Assembly: GCA_031285625.1 (NCBI GenBank)
Contig: JAITVV010000092.1
Location: 157,679-221,678 of the forward strand
Origin: Prevotella sp.
GTDB taxonomy: Bacteria; Bacteroidota; Bacteroidia; Bacteroidales; Dysgonomonadaceae
Length of the DNA: 64,000 bases
Direction: 5' to 3'
Positions 56,351-64,000 of the stretch are shown piece after piece. Under the pieces are notes generated by a model. The model ran no database searches. It saw only the letters and a program-made list of their open reading frames with translations, and was not told the origin of the DNA. Every line of letters begins with the position of its first letter. Position 1 is the first letter of the stretch. Made by a program: the position numbers and the translations under genes.

Positions 56351-57922
56351 ATGAAAAAGTCAACAATTTGGATACTAGCAGCAATAATGGCTGTCGCATT
56401 CTTTGGTCTATTGTATTTACAAATAACCTATCTCCGAGATTCAATAAAATTAAGGAGTGATCAATTTAATGAAGCGGTAAACCGAAGTTTATCCCAAATT
56501 TCCAGAAATTTGGAACTCGACCAAACAAAAAAATATCTGGATGAAGCGTTCATTGAAACTCAAAAAAAAGATGCAGCAGCTTACAATCGTTCTCTGGCAC
56601 TAAGAAATCAACCTCAGGAAGAAACGGTTACACATCAACAAAGAACTAAAATGACGGCACCGGATGGTACCGAAATTTATATGGAAAGTAATGTAACCAC
56701 AGTGCAATCAAAATTGCCGAAACAAGTTTTCCAATCGCCTAAGGAGGGAACAAATGCCATTTCTAAAACGTTCTTTGATTTACAGGAAGAGCAGTTGAAG
56801 AGATACCTCTACGAAAAGGATATAATGAATGATGTACTCAACAGGATATTCAAATCGGCGAGCGATGTACCCCTGGAAGAAAGAATAAACTTCAAGGACT
56901 TAGAGACAAAGATCAAGAATGAGCTAAAGAATAATAATATTGAATTACCTTTTCAGTATGAAGTTGTAAACAAGAATGATAAGCCTGTATACAGACAGGT
57001 ACGTTTCTCTGATCAGGATAAGAAGAATGTATACCAACAAGTATTGTTTCCTAACGATCCACCGAATAAAGTAACGTATCTGAAAGTTTATTTCCCGGAT
57101 AAAGGTAACTATCTGTCTAGTGAAGTGTCATTTCTGTATCCGGCCATCATATTTACATTTATACTACTGGTTACATTTATTATAATGATTTATATCACAT
57201 TCAGACAGAAGCGTCTATCAGAAATGAAGAGTGACTTTATGAATAATATGACTCATGAGCTAAAAACACCTGTATCAACTATATCTTTAGCTGCTCAGAT
57301 GTTAAAAGACGGATCTATAACAAAATCACCGGAAGTATTCAAACATATATCAGGAGTGATAAATGATGAAACCGAACGATTAAGTTTTCAGGTAGAAAAA
57401 GTGCTTCAAATGTCACTGTTTGAAAAACAGAAAGCAACTTTAAAACTGAAAGAATTAGATGCTAATGACATAGTCGTAAGTGTAGCAAATACATTCCAGA
57501 TCAAAGTAGAAAAATTCGGAGGAAATCTTGACATAGATTTAGAAGCTACGGATTCTTCTATAGAAGCCGATAAAATGCATTTTACAAATGTATTATTCAA
57601 TCTGTTGGATAACGCTGTAAAGTACAGGAAGGAAGATGTACCATTGGAACTGATGATCCGTACATGGAATAACAATAATAAATTGTACATCTCGGTAGAA
57701 GACAATGGTATAGGTATCAAGAAAGAATATGTGAAGAAAATTTTTGAAAGATTTTATCGCGTATCTACCGGTAACAGACATGATGTTAAAGGCTTTGGAC
57801 TAGGACTGGCATATGTGAGGAAGATCATAGAAGACCATAAGGGAACAATAAAAGCAGAAAGCGATTTAGGTAAAGGTACCAAATTTATTATTTGCCTGCC
57901 TATAATGAAGCCTAAAGACTAG
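56351..57922 (+). CDS. rprX: sensor histidine kinase
   Basis: Two TM segments, NMTHELKTP H-box, NLLDNA, DNGIG, GFGLGL; paired with RprY. Confidence 0.85.
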   Translation: MKKSTIWILAAIMAVAFFGLLYLQITYLRDSIKLRSDQFNEAVNRSLSQISRNLELDQTKKYLDEAFIETQKKDAAAYNRSLALRNQPQEETVTHQQRTKMTAPDGTEIYMESNVTTVQSKLPKQVFQSPKEGTNAISKTFFDLQEEQLKRYLYEKDIMNDVLNRIFKSASDVPLEERINFKDLETKIKNELKNNNIELPFQYEVVNKNDKPVYRQVRFSDQDKKNVYQQVLFPNDPPNKVTYLKVYFPDKGNYLSSEVSFLYPAIIFTFILLVTFIIMIYITFRQKRLSEMKSDFMNNMTHELKTPVSTISLAAQMLKDGSITKSPEVFKHISGVINDETERLSFQVEKVLQMSLFEKQKATLKLKELDANDIVVSVANTFQIKVEKFGGNLDIDLEATDSSIEADKMHFTNVLFNLLDNAVKYRKEDVPLELMIRTWNNNNKLYISVEDNGIGIKKEYVKKIFERFYRVSTGNRHDVKGFGLGLAYVRKIIEDHKGTIKAESDLGKGTKFIICLPIMKPKD

Positions 57923-57966
57923 ATATTAAACAAAACAAATAAAAATAGATTGTAAATAAGTAAGTT

Positions 57967-58683
57967 ATGGAAGAAAAATTGAAATTGTTTTTATGTGAAG
58001 ATGACGAAAACCTTGGTATGTTACTAAGAGAATATCTTCAAGCTAAGGGTTATGATACAGACCTCTATACCGACGGTGAAGTTGGCTACAAAGGGTTTGT
58101 GAAAGAAAAGTATGATTTGTGTATTCTGGATGTAATGATGCCTAAAAAAGACGGTATTACACTAGTGAAAGAAATCAGAGCTATTAATACAGAAATACCT
58201 ATTATATTTCTGACAGCTAAAAACATGAAAGATGACATTCTTGAAGGTTTTAAAGCCGGTGCTGATGATTATATCACTAAGCCATTCAGTATGGAAGAGT
58301 TGGTTCTTCGTATCGAAGCTATCTTCCGCCGTGTAAAAGGCAAGAGAAGCAAAGAACAGCAAATCTATCAGTTTGGTAATATGAACTTTGATACTCAAAA
58401 ACAAATATTGACTATCAATGGAGAAAGTACTAAACTCACTACCAAAGAAGCTGAACTACTAGCTCTGCTTTGTGCTCATGCAAATGACATCCTAGAAAGA
58501 AATCATGCTTTGAAACAAATCTGGGTGGATGATAACTACTTTAATGCACGTAGTATGGACGTTTATATCACTAAGTTGCGTAAGCTATTGAAACCTGATC
58601 CAAGTATTGAAATTATCAATATCCATGGAAAGGGTTACAAACTGATCGCACCTGTAAACGAAGAGGCTGAAGGAGCAGAATAA
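57967..58683 (+). CDS. rprY: OmpR-family response regulator
   Basis: EDDENLGMLLREYL, DVMMPKKDG, KPFSMEEL, DNYFNARSMDVYITKLRK. Confidence 0.92.
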   Translation: MEEKLKLFLCEDDENLGMLLREYLQAKGYDTDLYTDGEVGYKGFVKEKYDLCILDVMMPKKDGITLVKEIRAINTEIPIIFLTAKNMKDDILEGFKAGADDYITKPFSMEELVLRIEAIFRRVKGKRSKEQQIYQFGNMNFDTQKQILTINGESTKLTTKEAELLALLCAHANDILERNHALKQIWVDDNYFNARSMDVYITKLRKLLKPDPSIEIINIHGKGYKLIAPVNEEAEGAE

Positions 58684-58705
58684 TAAGTAAATTAATATAT
58701 TGAAT

Positions 58706-58738
58706 GAGCCGGTAGGATTTTTCCTATCGGCTTTTTTA
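58706..58738 (+). terminator. terminator after rprY
   Basis: AGCCGGTAGGA/TCCTATCGGCT plus T run. Confidence 0.75.
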
Positions 58739-59377
58739 TAATTTATTCAGCATATCAGTTGTTACTGATTTCACTTCTTTATTCTTAGTTTTAATATCTA
58801 TTTGCATCAAGACCTCTTTCAAACGCTCTGCTTGTTTCTCAGATATAAAATTATTACCATCATTATGATCATGAGCATAACGAAACCGTGCCAAGGTCAA
58901 ATAATCTTTTTCCTTTTGTAATACTATATGGAATGCATCCCAGGCTCTTGAATCCTGAAAAAAGGCTAATAAACCTGCAACTCCACTTAATATTAAAGGT
59001 GATTTACTATCAACAAATCCTTCAACAAAAGACTGCACCTCTTTCTTATAAACTTCTGCATCTGGCAGAGAGGAATATTTTTGCTCCCACCCTGCACGAA
59101 GGAAACAACTCCAATACAGTGTATGTAAAAGCTCTCCTACTAGCGATTCATCAGCCTCTCTTTTGATTATATCAAATATTTCTCTTCTATTTTCTTTTTC
59201 AAGAAACCAATTACTTACAACAATTGATCTATGATCACCAACACCAAACCGGCTCCGATCCGACAGGTGCTTTACACCTTTTTTTCTAAAAATAATATCA
59301 GTTGACCGCAAATTAAGCAAAGCTTCATTTAATTTATATTCCAATTCTTCTTTTATTTTTTGCTTTTTGTCTGCCAT
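58736..59377 (-). CDS. hypothetical alpha-helical protein (start MADKKQ)
   Basis: The longer track ORF overlaps thyA, so ATG 59377 is preferred; HEAT-like composition. Confidence 0.6.
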   Translation of the reverse strand: MADKKQKIKEELEYKLNEALLNLRSTDIIFRKKGVKHLSDRSRFGVGDHRSIVVSNWFLEKENRREIFDIIKREADESLVGELLHTLYWSCFLRAGWEQKYSSLPDAEVYKKEVQSFVEGFVDSKSPLILSGVAGLLAFFQDSRAWDAFHIVLQKEKDYLTLARFRYAHDHNDGNNFISEKQAERLKEVLMQIDIKTKNKEVKSVTTDMLNKL

Positions 59378-59485
59378 AAAGGTGCTTTTGTTTGTTAAAT
59401 CTGTGAATCTTGAATCAAACAAAGTTAAGTATTTTTTCACTATCTTATTTTTACCTATTTTTGTACTCAATAAATTATATTCATA

Positions 59486-60280
59486 ATGAAACAATATCAC
59501 GATCTGCTCAGACGCGTCCTTGATGAGGGCATACATAAAAGTGACCGTACCGGAACCGGTACTATCAGTATTTTCGGACATCAAAGCCGTTATAATCTGG
59601 CAGACGGATTCCCTGTACTTACAACAAAAAAATTACATCTAAAATCAATTATATACGAACTTCTTTGGTTTCTCGCAGGAGATACAAATGCCAAATACCT
59701 GCAGGATCATGGTGTACGTATCTGGAATGAATGGGCTGACGAAAATGGAGATTTAGGACATATCTATGGCTATCAATGGCGTTCATGGCCCGACTACAAT
59801 GGAGGATTCATAGATCAGATAACAAATGCAGTAGATACCATTAAGAATAATCCTGATTCTCGCCGGATTATAGTCAGTGCATGGAATGTGGCTGATCTTC
59901 CCAATATGAATCTCCCACCCTGTCATGCATTTTTTCAATTTTATGTGGCCGATGAAAAATTAAGTTTACAGTTGTACCAACGCAGTGCTGATATTTTTCT
60001 TGGAGTACCGTTTAATATAGCCTCATATGCTCTGTTATTAAAAATGATGGCCCAGGTTACAGGCCTGCAGGAAGGTGATTTTGTACATACTCTAGGGGAT
60101 GCCCACATATACACCAATCACCTGGATCAGGTAGAGTTGCAGCTTAGCCGCGACTTTCGCCCACTTCCCCAGATGGTAATAAATCCTGATGTAAAAAGTA
60201 TTTTTGATTTTAAATATGAGGATTTTCAATTGGAGGGATACGACCCTCATCCGCATATTAAAGGAGAAGTAGCTGTATAA
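59486..60280 (+). CDS. thyA: thymidylate synthase
   Basis: [48 protein letters not shown]. Confidence 0.98.
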   Translation: MKQYHDLLRRVLDEGIHKSDRTGTGTISIFGHQSRYNLADGFPVLTTKKLHLKSIIYELLWFLAGDTNAKYLQDHGVRIWNEWADENGDLGHIYGYQWRSWPDYNGGFIDQITNAVDTIKNNPDSRRIIVSAWNVADLPNMNLPPCHAFFQFYVADEKLSLQLYQRSADIFLGVPFNIASYALLLKMMAQVTGLQEGDFVHTLGDAHIYTNHLDQVELQLSRDFRPLPQMVINPDVKSIFDFKYEDFQLEGYDPHPHIKGEVAV

Positions 60281-60290
60281 CATCCAAATT

Positions 60291-60812
60291 ATGATAATCA
60301 GAAAAGGCACGATTTCTGACTTAGATAAATTAGAAGACCTATACAATGATTTGAACGATTATCTGAATGATAATACAAATTATCCGGGATGGATAAAACA
60401 CGTCTACCCTATAAGAAAAACTGCAGAAGAGGGAATTAATGAGGAAACCCTATTTGTATTAGAGGCAGACAATAACATTATGGGAAGCATTATTCTTAAT
60501 CATAAACCAGAGGATGCATATCATCAGGCCAAATGGAAAGTCGATACAGACTATGAAAACATCATAGTTGTTCATACACTTGTCACCAACCCCAATTTTA
60601 TGAAGCAAGGTATTGGATCCAGACTAATGGATTTTACCCGACAATATGCAATCAGCTTAAATATGAGATCGATACGATTAGATGTCTCTATAAATAACAC
60701 GGCTGCGATCGCCCTATATGAAAAACACAACTATGAATATATTGGAACAGTTGATCTCGGACTCGGATACGAACATCTGAAATGGTTTCGACTTTATGAA
60801 TATGTTTTATAA
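60291..60812 (+). CDS. GNAT acetyltransferase
   Basis: LVTNPNFMKQGIGSRLM, NTAAIALYEKHNY. Confidence 0.88.
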   Translation: MIIRKGTISDLDKLEDLYNDLNDYLNDNTNYPGWIKHVYPIRKTAEEGINEETLFVLEADNNIMGSIILNHKPEDAYHQAKWKVDTDYENIIVVHTLVTNPNFMKQGIGSRLMDFTRQYAISLNMRSIRLDVSINNTAAIALYEKHNYEYIGTVDLGLGYEHLKWFRLYEYVL

Positions 60813-61029
60813 AATATACCAATCCTTTAATGCACATAGTTTATACACAAAAATATCTTATTATTTTTTGCTAATTCGCTGAAAAAGTGTAATTTTGCGA
60901 GCCGATTATTACGAATAAAAACGTAAAAAATTGATTTACAAATCATTATCGCTTATTATATCTTAGCTCGATAAGCGGATAAACGTTATGTGAGTCAACA
61001 AGTCATTAACCAAATTAATTTTTAATTAA

Positions 61030-61485
61030 GTGGATACTTTAAGTTATAAGACCATTTCAGCGAATAAAGCAACTGCACAGAAAGAATGGGTTGTGATTGA
61101 CGCAACAGGCCAGACTCTAGGACGTATGGCTTCTAAAGTGGCAAAGCTTCTGAGAGGGAAGTACAAACCAAGTTATACTCCGCATGTAGACTGTGGCGAC
61201 AACGTAATCATTATCAATGCTGATAAAGTTGTTCTTACAGGAAACAAATGGAACGATCGTGTTTATCTAAGATACACAGGTTATCCTGGAGGTCAGAGAG
61301 AAGCAACTCCTGCCGTTTTATTGGAAAAAGGAGCTGATCGCTTGATGCATAAAGTAGTAAAAGGAATGTTACCTAAAAACCGTTTGGGTGCTGCTCTTTT
61401 AAAAAACCTTTATGTATATGCAGGAACTGAGCACAAACATGAGGCTCAACAACCAAAAACAATAGATATTAACGCTCTTAAATAA
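61030..61485 (+). CDS. rplM: 50S ribosomal protein L13
   Basis: LGRMAS..A..LRGKYKP.YTPHVDCGD, GMLPKN; GTG start. Confidence 0.98.
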   Translation: MDTLSYKTISANKATAQKEWVVIDATGQTLGRMASKVAKLLRGKYKPSYTPHVDCGDNVIIINADKVVLTGNKWNDRVYLRYTGYPGGQREATPAVLLEKGADRLMHKVVKGMLPKNRLGAALLKNLYVYAGTEHKHEAQQPKTIDINALK

Positions 61486-61491
61486 TAATTA

Positions 61492-61878
61492 ATGGAAGTA
61501 GTAAATGCAATAGGAAGACGTAAAGCTGCTGTAGCTCGCGTGTTCGTAAGCGAAGGAACCGGAAAAATAGTGATCAACAAACGTGAACTAGATAATTACT
61601 TCCCTTCAACTATTCTTCAGTATGTTGTAAAACAACCGCTAAACAAATTAGCTGTTGCTGAAAAATACGACATCAAGATTAACCTGAACGGTGGTGGATA
61701 TAAAGGACAAGCAGAAGCTGCACGTCTTGGTATCGCCCGTGCTTTGGTGAAAATGAACCCTGAAGATAAGGCTGCTCTTAGAGCTGAAGGATTTATGACT
61801 CGTGACCCACGCGTTGTAGAACGTAAAAAACCGGGACAACCAAAAGCAAGAAAAAGATTTCAATTCTCAAAACGTTAA
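61492..61878 (+). CDS. rpsI: 30S ribosomal protein S9
   Basis: GRRKAAVARV, TRDPRVVERKKPG, QFSKR. Confidence 0.98.
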   Translation: MEVVNAIGRRKAAVARVFVSEGTGKIVINKRELDNYFPSTILQYVVKQPLNKLAVAEKYDIKINLNGGGYKGQAEAARLGIARALVKMNPEDKAALRAEGFMTRDPRVVERKKPGQPKARKRFQFSKR

Positions 61879-62070
61879 TTTGGATATTATTTTACCCAAT
61901 TACGCTTTCACGGCTTATGCCGCTTAAAAGTTATAAGTTGGTTAATATATAATGATGAGTCGGCTCATCTCGAAATTACGTTTAGTATCTAAATTGCCGG
62001 GACTTCTAAAAATGAGCTACCCGACAATTCGCTAACAGAAAAAGAAAGTAAACGAAACAAAAAACTAAAA

Positions 62071-62922
62071 ATGGCAAAATTAGAATTCGACCAATTATTA
62101 GAAGCAGGTGCACACTTCGGTCACTTGAAAAGAAAATGGAATCCGGCTATGGCTCCTTACATTTTCATGGAGCGCAATGGTATCCATATCATTGACCTTT
62201 ATAAAACAATAGCTAAGACTGAGGAAGCTACTGCTGCATTGAAGCAAATAGCTAAATCAGGTAAAAAAATATTATTTGTAGCAACAAAGAAACAAGCAAA
62301 ACAAGTTGTAGCAGATCTAGCCCTATCAGTAAATATGCCATACGTGGTAGAACGCTGGCCGGGAGGTATGTTGACTAACTTCCCTACTATCCGTAAGGCT
62401 GTTAAGAAAATGTCAACTATCGATAAAATGATAAAAGACGGTACTTTTGAGACTTTGTCGAAAAGAGAAAGACTTCAGGTAACACGTCAACGTGCCAAAC
62501 TTGAAAAAACATTAGGTTCTATTCAGGATTTAACTCGTCTTCCATCTGCATTATTTGTAGTAGACGTAATGAAAGAACACATTGCGGTAAGAGAGGCTAA
62601 CCGTTTGGGGATACCTGTATTTGCTATGGTAGATACAAACTCTAACCCGGATGATATCGACTTTGTAATCCCAGCTAATGATGACGCTGCAAAATCTATT
62701 GAGTTAATACTTGGTACACTTTGCGAAGGAATTAAAGAAGGTCTGGAAGAAAGAAAGATCGAAAAAGCTGACAGCGCTGCTGCTGAAGCTCAACAGGACG
62801 AAGATGGCGCTCCTAGAAGAGAACGCAAAGCAAAAGCAGGTGCTAAAAAAGCAGTAACTAAAGAAGATCAGGAAGCAATCAATGCGGCTGTAGCCAGCAA
62901 GTTTGCTAAAGAGGAAGAGTAA
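62071..62922 (+). CDS. rpsB: 30S ribosomal protein S2
   Basis: LEAGAHFGH, WNPAM, RWPGGMLTN, DTNSNP, IPANDD. Confidence 0.98.
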   Translation: MAKLEFDQLLEAGAHFGHLKRKWNPAMAPYIFMERNGIHIIDLYKTIAKTEEATAALKQIAKSGKKILFVATKKQAKQVVADLALSVNMPYVVERWPGGMLTNFPTIRKAVKKMSTIDKMIKDGTFETLSKRERLQVTRQRAKLEKTLGSIQDLTRLPSALFVVDVMKEHIAVREANRLGIPVFAMVDTNSNPDDIDFVIPANDDAAKSIELILGTLCEGIKEGLEERKIEKADSAAAEAQQDEDGAPRRERKAKAGAKKAVTKEDQEAINAAVASKFAKEEE

Positions 62923-62928
62923 TAGTAC

Positions 62929-62986
62929 AAAGACTAAGAAAATAGCCTCTAAGACTCTTCTTAGGGACTATTTCTTAGTCTTTTTT
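62929..62986 (+). terminator. long hairpin or terminator between rpsB and tsf
   Basis: AAAGACTAAGAAAATAG...CTATTTCTTAGTCTTT plus T run. Confidence 0.6.
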
Positions 62987-63026
62987 CTTTGAAAATAATT
63001 ATAAACAAAAATAAAAGGAGAAAAAC

Positions 63027-63851
63027 ATGGCAATTTCTATGGCAGACATCCAACACCTTCGCAAAATGACAGGCGCAGGTATGATGGATTGTAAAAATGC
63101 TTTAACCGAAGCAGAAGGAGATTTTGATAAAGCAATCGAAATAATTCGTAAAAAAGGACAAGCTTTTGCTGCAAAACGTGAAGACCGCGATGCAACAGAA
63201 GGTTGTGTGTTGGCTGCAACAAACGGCGATTTCGCTGCAATAGTAGCAGTAAACTGCGAAACTGACTTTGTGGCAATGAACGGCGATTTCGTAGGTATGA
63301 CTAAGTCGATACTTGATGCTGCATTGTCTAACAAACCTGCTGATATAGATACACTGAAAGGTATTAAGGTAGGAGACCGTACAATCGCAGAACTTGTAAC
63401 TGACAGAATGGGTGTTACAGGTGAAAAAATGGAATTGAACGTGTATAAGCAAATCACTGCTCCTACAGTAGTGGCATATGTTCACCCGGGTAATAAGCTG
63501 GCAGCTGTCGTTGGCTTCAACAAACCGAATGTTGATGAGCAGGTAGCTAAAGATATAGCTATGCAAATCGCTGCTATGAGTCCTGTTGCTCTGGTACCGG
63601 AAGAAGTTTCGGAAGAAATAAAAGAAAGAGAAGTTAAGATTGCCAGAGAAAAAGCTGTTGAAGCAGGCAAACCTGAAAACTTAATTGACAGGATCGCTGA
63701 AGGCGCATTGCAGAAATTCTACAAAGAATTTACACTTCTTCAACAGGAATTTGTGAAAAACCCTAAGCAAACAATAGCTCAGTATCTTGCGCAACATGAT
63801 AAAGAGCTTGCTGTTACAGGTTTCCAACGTTTTACGTTGAATGCTGAGTAA
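63027..63851 (+). CDS. tsf: elongation factor Ts
   Basis: LRKMTGAGMMDCKNAL, NCETDFVA, IAMQIAA. Confidence 0.98.
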   Translation: MAISMADIQHLRKMTGAGMMDCKNALTEAEGDFDKAIEIIRKKGQAFAAKREDRDATEGCVLAATNGDFAAIVAVNCETDFVAMNGDFVGMTKSILDAALSNKPADIDTLKGIKVGDRTIAELVTDRMGVTGEKMELNVYKQITAPTVVAYVHPGNKLAAVVGFNKPNVDEQVAKDIAMQIAAMSPVALVPEEVSEEIKEREVKIAREKAVEAGKPENLIDRIAEGALQKFYKEFTLLQQEFVKNPKQTIAQYLAQHDKELAVTGFQRFTLNAE

Positions 63852-63876
63852 TAGGAGAAAATTCAGCTATATAAAA

Positions 63877-63910
63877 AATAAAAAAGGCTTCTTATGAAGC
63901 CTTTTTTATT
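63877..63910 (+). terminator. terminator after tsf
   Basis: AATAAAAAAGGCTTC/GAAGCCTTTTTTATT. Confidence 0.85.
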
Positions 63911-63955
63911 GAAAAAGGCTTATCCGTTAAATTTATTAATCAAGAGGGTCTAAAA

Positions 63956-64000
63956 ATGAAAACTATCCATTTATTGTTTTTACTATTGTTTTTATTGAAT
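63956..64000 (+). CDS. start of a probable secreted protein, truncated by the window edge
   Basis: MKTIHLLFLLLFLLN, signal-peptide-like. Confidence 0.45.
   Translation, partial: MKTIHLLFLLLFLLN

Noticed and set aside
59378-59584. N-terminal extension of the 282-aa minus ORF
   Set aside because: Overlaps the thyA start and its upstream region; ATG 59377 is more plausible.

Overview
AT-rich Bacteroidales-type chromosome segment. Dysgonomonas-like is my inference from SusC/SusD, SprA, RprXY and TAnnTTTG promoter boxes. From left to right: an RNA-surveillance neighbourhood (partial SF2 helicase, NYN+LOTUS nuclease, Ro60/TROVE, FkbM methylase, RlaP-like pol-beta nucleotidyltransferase); an alpha-mannoside PUL (GH130, 3xGH92, GH38, SGNH esterase, ECF sigma, SusR-like regulator, SusD, SusC); peptide-use genes and tRNA-His; two surface proteins; catalase; a WYL/UvrA2/AraC-GyrI stress cluster; dcp, ruvA, sprA, rprXY, thyA and rplM-rpsI-rpsB-tsf. 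The most striking signal is non-coding: seven minus-strand Y-RNA-like cassettes. One follows the Ro60 stop, five form a tandem array at 6662-7352, and one lies at 28785-28935. Each has a constant covarying outer frame (5'-UGYCGUAG-N3-AGAG.U.CUUCG...CUCU...UURC-3'). Six enclose a different tRNA-like module, four of them recognisably circularly permuted. A 196-nt tRNA-like RNA with a 119-nt structured segment in place of the anticodon loop lies next to the last cassette. The Ro60 gene and both stand-alone RNA loci share a palindromic operator (consensus TRCGCA-N7-TGCGYA) at the same spacing from the promoter -7 box. All calls come from reading the sequence; no database search was run.
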